NCBI GenBank assembly: GCA_964492845.1 | Contig: CAZBMZ010000023.1 | Location: 34,530-98,529, forward strand | DNA length: 64,000 nucleotides | Reading direction: 5' to 3' | From: an uncultured Clostridia bacterium | GTDB taxonomy: Bacteria; Acidobacteriota; Blastocatellia; Chloracidobacteriales; JADJPF01 | Part shown: positions 19,834 to 28,668 of the stretch, piece by piece | Layout: each line of letters starts with the position of its first letter | Numbering within the stretch: the stretch's first letter is position 1 | The notes under the pieces: model-generated | What the model saw: only the letters and a program-made list of their open reading frames with translations | What the model was told of the DNA's origin: nothing | The model's database searches: none | Translations under genes and position numbers: made by a program

Positions 19834-21282
19834 CTAAACATATTTAGCTAAGTATGCTTGCATTAGCTGTTTTGCTTGATCGATTATTTGCTTAATTTTT
19901 GATTTCTCTTTTTCATCATAAAAATTAAAAGGGATCAATAAAAAAGGTAGGATTATTGCTAAAGGGAATTTAGCAGCAAAAGAAATTATTGGTCTTTCAA
20001 TAACAATTAATTTGCTAAGAAAAAATAACATTATAGCTAGAGCAGCTATTTTTAGTAGTCTTCCCCATTCATAATCAATGTGCATTAACCTATTGGAAAC
20101 AAAATATCTTAAACAAGTAATTATTATATAAGACAGCAGTGTTGCTAGTGCCGCGCCTTTCATTCCCATTCTTGGAATTAGTAAAAAATTTAATAAAACA
20201 TTACTTATAGCGGCAACAGCAACAATAATTGGGCTAAGGTAGGATTTTCTTAAAATACTTATACCTACTCCCAAAGTCGGGTTAGCAACATCAAACACAG
20301 CAGACAAAGCCAGTAAAGGAACAATTGCGGCTGTCTCCCAATATTTAGCAGTAGCAAAAATTCTTAATACATCTTCTACAAGTATTGATAATGACAAAGC
20401 TAAAAAGGTTGAGCCATAAACAACATAAGTTAACATCCGGGCATAATATTCTTTTGCATCAGGATCTTTCATTACTGACACTTGCATATTTGACCAGATC
20501 ATTCCAAAAGGCATTGTTATTAACAAGTTAATTGGAGTGGTTAGCTGATTAGCTAATGTATAAAGACCTACTTGGCGAAAATCAGCATAATATTTTAGAA
20601 AAAATCTATCAATCCATTGAAAACAAATAGCTGAAAGTCGACCAAAAATTAGCGGAGTACCAAAAGCCAGCATTGTTTTTAACTCAGCAAAATTAAAGCC
20701 CCATTTCATTTGCTTAAGCGAAACTGCAAACATCAAGCTATTTTCTAAAATTGCCCCAACCAAATTAGCAATTAAAACTCCTTTAATTCCCATTTGCCAA
20801 TAAACAATCAAGCTAATATTGGTAGATAGCTGGAAAATAAAACCTATTGTTTGACATAAAGAATACTGTATAGAAGCATTACGTATTCTTAGTAGAGTTT
20901 CAGGAACTACATTAAAAATTTCTAAGAAAGCTAGTAAATAAACAATTCGTAAATGACTTGTATAAACCTCTGTATCTAAAAGATATAAAGAGGCTTGAGG
21001 GGCAAAATAAGTTAATATGCTAAGTATTGGAATAGAAGTTAACAGTAGAAAAACAAATACAGTTGTAGCTAATTCTGGTCGTTGGTCTTCCTTGTAATCA
21101 TACCAAGATCTAAGTAAAGCATTACCAAGACCCATCCTTAAAACTAGTGGAATAGCAGCTAAAACAATCATTAATATTGCTAATACACCATATTCTTTAG
21201 GTTTAATATAGTAAGTATAAACAGGAATTAGAAAAAAGCCTAGGGAACGGTTAATGATTCCTGTTACACCAAAAACCAACAT
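19834..21282 (-). CDS. Oligosaccharide/polysaccharide flippase (Wzx / MOP superfamily)
   Basis: About 12-14 hydrophobic segments along the whole length. N-terminal 'SLGFFLIPVYTYYIKPKEYG' is typical of the Polysacc_synt family. The frame stays open 15 codons upstream of the ATG, so the true start may differ. Confidence 0.7.
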   Translation of the reverse strand: MLVFGVTGIINRSLGFFLIPVYTYYIKPKEYGVLAILMIVLAAIPLVLRMGLGNALLRSWYDYKEDQRPELATTVFVFLLLTSIPILSILTYFAPQASLYLLDTEVYTSHLRIVYLLAFLEIFNVVPETLLRIRNASIQYSLCQTIGFIFQLSTNISLIVYWQMGIKGVLIANLVGAILENSLMFAVSLKQMKWGFNFAELKTMLAFGTPLIFGRLSAICFQWIDRFFLKYYADFRQVGLYTLANQLTTPINLLITMPFGMIWSNMQVSVMKDPDAKEYYARMLTYVVYGSTFLALSLSILVEDVLRIFATAKYWETAAIVPLLALSAVFDVANPTLGVGISILRKSYLSPIIVAVAAISNVLLNFLLIPRMGMKGAALATLLSYIIITCLRYFVSNRLMHIDYEWGRLLKIAALAIMLFFLSKLIVIERPIISFAAKFPLAIILPFLLIPFNFYDEKEKSKIKQIIDQAKQLMQAYLAKYV

Positions 21283-21564
21283 ATGCTTAAATGTTGTTTT
21301 TAACTTCTCGTAAATGGCTAAATACCTCTAAAACTAAATTACAGATGCTATTTGATTGTTAATTTCTACCATTGACCAACAAAAAGCGGCTAATTATATA
21401 AAGAATCCTTCGCGTTAAACAATTTCCTATTATAAAAGTTCATGTTTAATCAGTATAGCCAAGCTAATCTGTCAAAAAATGGATAGACAATAAAATGAAA
21501 TTTAATAAAACCAGAACAGGTTTTTGAGGAAGTATATTAAATTAATTCATTAATTTTCTAACAT

Positions 21565-22404
21565 CTAGGCTTTTAGCTTAATCATAAGAAAGGCAAAAGC
21601 AAGGGCGGCTAAGAAAGAAACCATAGTGAGTAAATTAACTACTAAAAATAATCCAACAGATTTTAATAAAGCTTTTATCTTTGTTTCTAAATAGACTTGT
21701 TTAATTGCAATAGCTAAATAAGCTATATATAAAATACTAGGAATGGTACTAAATAGCTTAGCACTTATAAAACCCAAAGGAGAAATTATTATAAAAAATA
21801 GAAATATAAAAGAATAAAAGTGTAAAGAAAAAATTAAATGCTCAACATAATATTTATTAGATCTTAGGTAAAATAATTTTAGAAACAAAGCAAAAAATAT
21901 TACCTCAATATAGCTAGAAAAAGTAATAAAATTTTTAATATATTCGTTAAACTTTTCTATAAAAACTGGGAAATCTAATTTTAGCTTTTGTGCTAATTTT
22001 GCTAGATCCTGTCCTATGAAACCTGTTGAATCCATCTTAATAAGAGTTTTTAAATCAATAAAATTTATTGGCTCAATATTAGACATTATTATAAAGGAAA
22101 TAGGTATTACCATTACGTATATTTTTAGAGGTTTAATATACAAAGCCCTTTTACCATCAAGATAAGCTTTAGTTAATTCGCCAGGTTTGGCTAACAAAGC
22201 TACAAATGTTCTAAAAAAAGTTGAGTCTAATTCTGTAACTTCTTGAAAAATACTTTTTATATAATGATTTAAAGACAATTCTGTTTTATCAAATTTCTTT
22301 TCTCCGCAATTATGGCAATATTCTGCTACCAATTCTGTGTCACAACTACGACATAAAAAATTATCTTGCGCTCTAAAAATTACTTGATTTACATCATCTG
22401 TCAT
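21565..22404 (-). CDS. Membrane protein with an N-terminal zinc ribbon (DUF3667-like)
   Basis: 'CRSCDTELVAEYCHNCGEK' followed by several TM segments. Confidence 0.55.
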   Translation of the reverse strand: MTDDVNQVIFRAQDNFLCRSCDTELVAEYCHNCGEKKFDKTELSLNHYIKSIFQEVTELDSTFFRTFVALLAKPGELTKAYLDGKRALYIKPLKIYVMVIPISFIIMSNIEPINFIDLKTLIKMDSTGFIGQDLAKLAQKLKLDFPVFIEKFNEYIKNFITFSSYIEVIFFALFLKLFYLRSNKYYVEHLIFSLHFYSFIFLFFIIISPLGFISAKLFSTIPSILYIAYLAIAIKQVYLETKIKALLKSVGLFLVVNLLTMVSFLAALAFAFLMIKLKA

Positions 22405-22645
22405 AAAAACCTCACTTTTTTTGGTAGCACAAAAAGATAGTCGCTAATCAAAATCCCATTTAATGCCTTAAGCAACTTCTAGAAACAAAAAACTCAGGCA
22501 AGAAAAATACCTATATTCTAAATAAAAGTTAATCTACAAAACAACCAAGTTTGCTATAAGAGTGCAACAAGAAGTTAAACCAATTAGCAAGAAATTTGGT
22601 TAAACTTTTTGTCAAAATTTTAAGCAAAAGCGCGACTAGTCCGCT

Positions 22646-22675
22646 TTGTTCTTAGAAAGAGAAAAGTGTTATAAT
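22646..22675 (+). promoter_or_regulatory. Candidate sigma70-type promoter with an extended -10 for the phosphodiesterase-family gene
   Basis: TTGTTC (22646-22651), 18-nt spacer, then TGT-TATAAT (TG at 22667-22668, TATAAT at 22670-22675), about 90 nt upstream of the TTG start. Confidence 0.3.
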
Positions 22676-22761
22676 TTTTGTTTTCTAAAAAATTGCTATA
22701 TCTTCATTTATTTGATTTATTTAGCACAAATTTAATTTTTGCCACATAAGGAGATAAAAAC

Positions 22762-24438
22762 TTGAATACCAAAGTAGCCATCATTGGTCTTGATGCAGCA
22801 ACATTTAATTTAATTAATCAATATATTGGTGAAGGTCTGCTTCCCAATATGCAGCAAATGATTGCTAACGGTTCATCAGGACTACTACTTTCTACTCCTA
22901 ATATGCACAGTGCATCTTCTTGGACATCAATAATTACAGGCAAAAATCCTGGAAAACATGGTCTATTTGTTTTTTCAGACCGTTCATTTGCTAGCAATAA
23001 ACAAGTAATTTTTACTGGTGGAGATCGCAAATGTCAAACAATGTACCGAATTTTAACAAGTGCTGGCTATAAAGTCGGTATGATGAATGTCCCAATGACT
23101 TATCCAGCCGAACATAGCGCAGGTAGCTTTATGATTTCTGGCCTAGATGCACCAACTTTAGATGAAAAGGCTTTTAGTCCAGCTAGCTTAAAAGAAGAAA
23201 TTTTAGCTAAATTTCCAGACTATGCACCTACACCACAAAATTTGTCTAAAGTAATGGAAAATAATGACTTAGATGCTGCAATTGATATGTGGTTAAAGCT
23301 TTCTTATACCCACACAGAAGCAGCTAAATATCTAATTCAAAAATATAATCCTGATGTATTTATGATTGTTTATACTGCAACTGATTGGGTACAACATTAT
23401 TTTTGGAAATATATTGAGCCACGACACCCCGAATATGTTGAGTCAGAAGCTATGCTTTATAAAGATACAATCAAAAGATTTTATAGCGTGATGGATGAAA
23501 TAATTGGACAATTACAAGAAACCATAGGTCATCAAGCTAACACAATTATAATTTCGGATCATGGAATGGGACATAATACCCAAGGATCTTTTCATGTTGT
23601 TGAATGGCTAGAACAAGCCGGTTTTATGACACTTAAAGCTGATACAGCCGTAGCATCTGCGTCAAAAGCTCAGGAAACCGCCCAAGAATTAAGACAAAGT
23701 GTTCAACAAGTAGTTAAAAGTTTCTTACCCGCTTCAGTACGTAGCACATTAAAAAGTATGATTGGCGAAAAAGCAGCCCCAATAGCCAGCAAAGACCGTT
23801 TTTATGGTCGTATTATTTGGGAAAAAACCATTGCTTATTCCGAAGCCGGACGCAATGTTATTAACATTAACCTAAAGGGACGTAATAAATTTGGTATTGT
23901 TGAGCCTGCCGATTATGACCGAGTTTGTGATGAATTAATCGCAAAAATTAAAGAATGGCGTGATCCTGATAGCGGGTTACCTGTAGTCAAAGATGTAAAA
24001 AAACGCTCGGAAATGTATCACGGGCCTTACGCTGATTTATCTAGTGATATGTATGTACATTGGAACCCTAGCGTTATTCTACAACGTCCTACACCAGAAA
24101 TAATTCGTAAGAAAAAGTTTTGGTGGAATGGAACACACCGTCCACAAGGAATAATTATTTGTGATGGGCCACAAATTAAACACAATGAGCTAGAAGGGGC
24201 TTGTGTTTATGACATAGTGCCTACAGTGCTGCATTTAGCTGGTGCTACTGTCCCTGGCGACCTTGACGGAAAAGTTTTGGCAGAAGCTTTAACAACTTCT
24301 ATTGCTGCTCCTACAATAAAAGTTGATAAAAATGATCAAGATACATCAGGCGGTCAAATAGTAGAAAGTTCTACAGATTTATCTGACGATGACGAAAGCA
24401 AAGTAGCAGAAAAATTACGCGGTTTAGGTTACTTATAA
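22762..24438 (+). CDS. Alkaline phosphatase superfamily protein (type I phosphodiesterase / nucleotide pyrophosphatase-like). No signal peptide.
   Basis: TTG start with RBS AAGGAG 8 nt upstream. N-terminal 'VAIIGLDAATFNL...LLPNM...SASSWTSIITGKNPGKHGLF' and 'IISDHGMG' fit the Phosphodiest/AP fold. Confidence 0.7.
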   Translation: MNTKVAIIGLDAATFNLINQYIGEGLLPNMQQMIANGSSGLLLSTPNMHSASSWTSIITGKNPGKHGLFVFSDRSFASNKQVIFTGGDRKCQTMYRILTSAGYKVGMMNVPMTYPAEHSAGSFMISGLDAPTLDEKAFSPASLKEEILAKFPDYAPTPQNLSKVMENNDLDAAIDMWLKLSYTHTEAAKYLIQKYNPDVFMIVYTATDWVQHYFWKYIEPRHPEYVESEAMLYKDTIKRFYSVMDEIIGQLQETIGHQANTIIISDHGMGHNTQGSFHVVEWLEQAGFMTLKADTAVASASKAQETAQELRQSVQQVVKSFLPASVRSTLKSMIGEKAAPIASKDRFYGRIIWEKTIAYSEAGRNVININLKGRNKFGIVEPADYDRVCDELIAKIKEWRDPDSGLPVVKDVKKRSEMYHGPYADLSSDMYVHWNPSVILQRPTPEIIRKKKFWWNGTHRPQGIIICDGPQIKHNELEGACVYDIVPTVLHLAGATVPGDLDGKVLAEALTTSIAAPTIKVDKNDQDTSGGQIVESSTDLSDDDESKVAEKLRGLGYL

Positions 24439-24444
24439 AAATAA

Positions 24445-24483
24445 AAATAACCTAAGATAAATTTAATTTATCTTAGGTTATTT
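24445..24483. terminator. Bidirectional terminator: perfect 17-bp stem with a 5-nt loop between convergent genes
   Basis: 24445-24461 pairs perfectly with 24467-24483 (AAATAACCTAAGATAAA / TTTATCTTAGGTTATTT). The flanks are A/T-rich. Confidence 0.75.
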
Positions 24484-24496
24484 ATCTATATTTAAC

Positions 24497-27004
24497 CTAT
24501 TGAATTACTAAAGTTAACACTGCTGTTTTAGTCTTGCCGCTATCATCCTTGGCAGTAAATGTTATTGGAGATGTTCCTTGTAAAGCTTTTTTCTTAGCTT
24601 TTAAGGAAAAAGTTACTTTATCGCTGGTGCTTGATAAAACCGTAGGAGTAAATTTTAGCTTTAATAACTTCGCTCTATCATTATCAGGCGTAACAGTTAC
24701 ATTTCCAGTAAATCCCCCCAGCCTAGTAATTGTTACAGTTATATCAAGTTTATCGTTGCGAGCTAAGGTAATTTGTGGTTGGGTAAAGCTAATAGAAAAA
24801 TCTGGGCTGGCTGGTGGTGGAGGTGGCAGAACTTCTTCAACAAAACTAACTACAAAACCATCACTAATTTTTTTCATAAAGTCGCAACCGCAACTATTTT
24901 GCAAAGGTTTTGTCATTGGAAAATCCATAGAATTAGTAATTCCAGTCATAAAAACATTAGCTTTTCCATCTACAATAATACTTAATCCACTTTCGCTTCC
25001 TATGCCTCCAAGATAAGTTGAAAAGTCAAGTGCTGTGCCTAAAGCATTTAGCTTAGTCATAAAAGCATCTTGCTCGCCACCAATAACTTTTTGTGTTGCG
25101 TCTTTTAAGGGAAAATTTGTTGATGTGGTAACACCTGTTAGATAGACATTATTATCAGGATCTAAACTTAAGCTATTTGCTTGGTCATCTCCATTTCCAC
25201 CAAGATAAGTTGAATAAACAAGATTGCTGCCTGTTGGGTTTAATTTACTAACAAATGCGTCTAGGCTAGTGGATTTAGTTGATTGCATTGCATTTACAAC
25301 TGTAAAATCTCGTGAATTTGTTACACCTGTTAAATAAATATTGTTGGTATTATCAACAGCAATACTAGTGATATTGTCAAAACTACTTCCACCAAAATAA
25401 GTAGAAAAATTAACTACATTTCCTGTAGCAGAAATTTTTGTAATAAAGCCATCGCTATCACCAGAATTTGTTGATTGTAAAGGGTTAATAGCAGGAAAAT
25501 TTCTAGAGTCTGTAACACCAACAAAATAAGCATTTCTATCTTTATCAACCGCTATTGCATTGCCAAAATCGTTGTCACTTCCACCAAAATAAGTTGAATA
25601 AACTAAGCTACTACCCATAGGGTTAAGTTTAGCTACAAAAGCATCAAACCCGCCGTTACTTTTGCTTTGAACGGCATTTGCAACAGGAAAATTAACAGAA
25701 TTAGTAAAACCTGTAACATAAGCATTATTTTGTGAATCAATAGCGATACTGCTTGCTAGATCGTCTCCCATACCTCCCAGGTAAGTTGAATAAGCTAAAG
25801 TATTGCCTTGAGCATTTAGCTTTAGGATAAAAGCATCTCCTCCAGTATTAGCTATAGTATTACCGTTCTTTGGCTGAAAGCCATTAAGAATAGGAAAATC
25901 ACTAGAGAAAGTATACCCGCTAACATATACATTACCCATACTATCAACCGCTATTGCATTACCAAAATCATTATCTGACCCGCCAATATAAGTTGAATAA
26001 ATTACACGATTTCCATCAGGAGCAATTTTAGTGATAAATAAATCATTTTTTCCTTTGTTATTTTGTTGTTGAAAGTTGGATACAGGAAAGTTGATGGATG
26101 CAGTATTGCCGACTAGGTAAGTATTTCCTTCTGTATCAACAGCAATAGCATTGCTAAAGTCGTTATCTGTACCACCTAAAAATGTAGAATAACCTACAAT
26201 AGGATCAATTATTAGGGTTTTAGTTGTGTCATAAGCCCCTATTTGAAAGCTAATTTGGTTATTTGCTGAAAGTTTATAACTACCTTTTATAGATTTTTTA
26301 TTTCCATTAATATATTGATAAATATCAGGTCTTTTTTGATAAATTATCTGACCATTAACATCAATAATTAAGTCACCTTGTTCATTAATAGTTAATTTTG
26401 TTGCTTCAGAAAAAGCTAGATTTATTAAATTAGGATCGGCATTTGGAGCAACAATAAAATCATATTCTAGTTGCTTTTGATTACCATAATAAACAATATC
26501 TATTCCTGGATAGATACTTTCATATTTTACTTTTGTAAAATTTTTTACATTGTTTTGTGGTTTATTATTAATTAAATAATTAGTTTTTGTTGATGATTCT
26601 TCAAGGGCTATTATTTTAGCTTTGTTATTTGCTTTAATTAACTCCATTGTTAACTGAGGATGTAGCTTTGCATCATTATTTTGATTATTAAACTTTTTAG
26701 CAAAATTATTACTGTTATTTTCTTGGTCAAATATAAAATTTAATTTTGTAGCAGATAAAAACATAGTTGAAACATTACTACGAATAATAAAATCTATATC
26801 TTTATCGGTTTGTCCAATATTTCTTTCAAAATTTAATAGTATATTATCTTTTTTATTTAATATAATTTGATTAGTTAATTTACTATTATTTTTAGAATTA
26901 TTTACAAAATCTGTTGTATTTGCGCTAGTAAAAGGAATTGTTAATTGAAATATTATTACAGCAAATAATAAATATCGTAGTTTTGACCAAAGATTTATTT
27001 TCAT
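24497..27004 (-). CDS. Secreted SBBP (beta-propeller) repeat protein with a C-terminal Ig-like domain
   Basis: Signal peptide present. At least 8 repeats of 'GG(S/T)xxDxxxxIAVDxxxNxYxxGxTxSxxFP'. Proline linker 'PPPPPASP', then a beta-rich domain. Confidence 0.75.
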   Translation of the reverse strand: MKINLWSKLRYLLFAVIIFQLTIPFTSANTTDFVNNSKNNSKLTNQIILNKKDNILLNFERNIGQTDKDIDFIIRSNVSTMFLSATKLNFIFDQENNSNNFAKKFNNQNNDAKLHPQLTMELIKANNKAKIIALEESSTKTNYLINNKPQNNVKNFTKVKYESIYPGIDIVYYGNQKQLEYDFIVAPNADPNLINLAFSEATKLTINEQGDLIIDVNGQIIYQKRPDIYQYINGNKKSIKGSYKLSANNQISFQIGAYDTTKTLIIDPIVGYSTFLGGTDNDFSNAIAVDTEGNTYLVGNTASINFPVSNFQQQNNKGKNDLFITKIAPDGNRVIYSTYIGGSDNDFGNAIAVDSMGNVYVSGYTFSSDFPILNGFQPKNGNTIANTGGDAFILKLNAQGNTLAYSTYLGGMGDDLASSIAIDSQNNAYVTGFTNSVNFPVANAVQSKSNGGFDAFVAKLNPMGSSLVYSTYFGGSDNDFGNAIAVDKDRNAYFVGVTDSRNFPAINPLQSTNSGDSDGFITKISATGNVVNFSTYFGGSSFDNITSIAVDNTNNIYLTGVTNSRDFTVVNAMQSTKSTSLDAFVSKLNPTGSNLVYSTYLGGNGDDQANSLSLDPDNNVYLTGVTTSTNFPLKDATQKVIGGEQDAFMTKLNALGTALDFSTYLGGIGSESGLSIIVDGKANVFMTGITNSMDFPMTKPLQNSCGCDFMKKISDGFVVSFVEEVLPPPPPASPDFSISFTQPQITLARNDKLDITVTITRLGGFTGNVTVTPDNDRAKLLKLKFTPTVLSSTSDKVTFSLKAKKKALQGTSPITFTAKDDSGKTKTAVLTLVIQ

Positions 27005-27039
27005 AAATAATTCTCCTAGAAGATTTTATAAATAAATTT

Positions 27040-27220
27040 GCGCTAGCGTTAAAAGTTGACACTCCAACGGCTTGCAGGCATTGGATTCTTTTGGTCGCTA
27101 AAACTGTAGTCAGGAAAGCTCACGCTTGCTGTCAGAAACAGCCCAACCACAATTAAGCCATAAAAGCATCACCCATCAGCACAAAAAGCGTGGATTGATG
27201 GATGGCCGGTGTCATCGGCT
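27040..27220 (-). ncRNA. Predicted TnpB omega-RNA (reRNA): scaffold overlapping the tnpB 3' end and right end, plus about 16 nt of flanking guide
   Basis: The position follows the known TnpB architecture. The region is visibly more G+C-rich and stem-rich than other intergenic DNA here: stems CCATCA/TGATGG at 27173-27178/27196-27201, AAGC/GCTT at 27116-27119/27124-27127, TCCAA/TTGGA at 27063-27067/27081-27085. The exact ends are not determinable from one copy. Confidence 0.4.
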
Positions 27221-28431
27221 CTACTACGTCTAGCAAAGCGTTTAAGCTTCACAGGTCGTAGATACTTAACTTTTCCTTTAGGAATAAGGAAATTGGGCAA
27301 TATTTCACCCTTATTGAGATATTTATTTAGCAAGTTTATTGCTCCTACCTCATCACGAATGCCAACAAATTTACACTTTGGACAGTGGTATTGTCGGTTG
27401 ACAGGCTTATGTTTGTGACCACAAGCCGGGCAAGTCTTAGTTGTATAAGACTCATTAAAACTTTCTAACTCTATTCTAAACACCGCTAACTTGTACCTAA
27501 GATATGCTACAAATAACCCTAAGCTTAGTAGCCCCATTTCTTGGTTTAATCTTCGGGATGCTTTATTTTTCTTTCCTCTATTTATTTCAGTTATATCACC
27601 TACTACTAGCTTTGATACTTCTTTTTCTTTACAGAAATCTACTACTTCATTTGCTGCTTTATGGAGTAGGTCTTTAGTTTGATTTTCTGCTTTATTTAGT
27701 ATTTTATACTTAGCTTTTTGTAGTTTAGTCCATCTTTTAGAGTGTTTTTGACAACGAGATTGAAGTTGGGAGATTTCTGCTAATGCTTTGGCTTTACCTT
27801 GGTTAAGGCTTCTAAGCCCTCGACCAACTATTGCTAAAGAATCTTGACCATCTGTTACTACGGATAAATGTATTGAGCCTAAATCACTTGTTGCTATTTT
27901 CTCAACAACTGGTTTTGTTACTTCAACTTGATTTTGGATAGTTAAAAGCAATTTACCAAAAGCTAACTCTGCTTGTACTATTTTTCCTTGAGGCAAATCT
28001 TTTGGTAGACGGATGCAAATTCCTAATTGTCTTTTTCTACTTTTAGGGTCTATTCCCATTGACAGTATTATGTAGTTATTCTCTATTTTTATATGTTGAC
28101 CTTTCCAAACTGGGTTAAAGTAGTTCTTTTTCTTGTATGGGTAGCGAGCCTTTTTATCTCCATTTGCTCTATTAGTTTTGATAGTTTCAATGTTGGCAAA
28201 GAATTTAGCTATTAATGCTTGAATTGTTTGGCTATGCAGACGGAATTTCCTTGCAAAATGTTTTTCAAACTGAGCTTGAGTAGGCCATTTTTTGTTACGT
28301 TTTCTAAAGTACAAGTGGAGTTTTACCATTCTATTCCATAGTCGGGCTGCTTCTATTCTGGCATCTGTCATTTGCTGCCAAGTTGTACTTGATACTTGTA
28401 GTTGTATTTGGATTACTCTATTTGATTTCAT
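27169..28431 (-). CDS. tnpB: TnpB (IS200/IS605 OrfB-type RNA-guided RuvC nuclease), apparently intact
   Basis: Full-length 420-aa ORF. RuvC-I 'ATSDLGSIH'. 'NESYTTKTCPACGHKHKPVNRQYHCPKCKF' (CxxC...CxxC zinc finger). RuvC-III 'IRDEVGAINLL'. N-terminal 'RYPYKKKNYFNPVWKGQ' is typical of TnpB. Confidence 0.9.
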   Translation of the reverse strand: MKSNRVIQIQLQVSSTTWQQMTDARIEAARLWNRMVKLHLYFRKRNKKWPTQAQFEKHFARKFRLHSQTIQALIAKFFANIETIKTNRANGDKKARYPYKKKNYFNPVWKGQHIKIENNYIILSMGIDPKSRKRQLGICIRLPKDLPQGKIVQAELAFGKLLLTIQNQVEVTKPVVEKIATSDLGSIHLSVVTDGQDSLAIVGRGLRSLNQGKAKALAEISQLQSRCQKHSKRWTKLQKAKYKILNKAENQTKDLLHKAANEVVDFCKEKEVSKLVVGDITEINRGKKNKASRRLNQEMGLLSLGLFVAYLRYKLAVFRIELESFNESYTTKTCPACGHKHKPVNRQYHCPKCKFVGIRDEVGAINLLNKYLNKGEILPNFLIPKGKVKYLRPVKLKRFARRSRADDTGHPSIHAFCADG

Positions 28432-28493
28432 TTTTCCATTATATTATGCTATTATTCATACGTCAATATTTATTATTTATTAATTTCACTGAC

Positions 28494-28531
28494 GCAATTT
28501 ATCCCACGCCTAAAGACGTGGGATGAATTGC
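28494..28531 (-). repeat. Left-end subterminal hairpin of the TnpB element
   Basis: GCAATT-T-ATCCCACG / loop CCTAAAGA / CGTGGGAT-G-AATTGC. That is 14 paired positions plus one T:G apposition, 63-100 nt upstream of the tnpB start. Confidence 0.6.
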
Positions 28532-28668
28532 GGAAGACCTGTAAGAGAATGCTAGATTTTTTTAGCATACCAAGAGTATGATCTACAAACACAAAAAAAA
28601 GTCTTTTAACTTTTTTTATCAATTCCAAAACTTTCTCGCTAAATAAAATAACTTAAGGTAAATAAATT

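Larger units (their letters stand above)
27056..28540 (-). mobile_element. Non-autonomous IS200/IS605-family element carrying tnpB only (no tnpA). Boundaries are tentative.
   Basis: An intact tnpB sits between a subterminal imperfect-palindrome hairpin at the upstream (left) end (28494-28531) and a G+C-richer structured right end. On the element strand, a TTAC lies 9 nt outside the left-end hairpin (28541-28544) and a TCAA follows the right-end hairpin (27056-27059). These resemble the IS608 cleavage motifs. Confidence 0.55.

Noticed and set aside
24534-25016. Plus-strand ORFs (24534-25016, 24773-24985) inside the SBBP gene, and similar ORFs (38320-38691, 39385-39804) inside the NHL gene
   Set aside because: They are antisense shadows of repeat-rich genes and have no independent support.
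27209-28483. Three short plus-strand ORFs (27209-27418, 27491-27682, 28292-28483) across the TnpB element, considered as a possible hidden tnpA
   Set aside because: None shows the HUH/Y1 transposase motifs (HxH ... Y). All are antisense to the intact tnpB and 63-69 aa long. I call the element TnpA-less.
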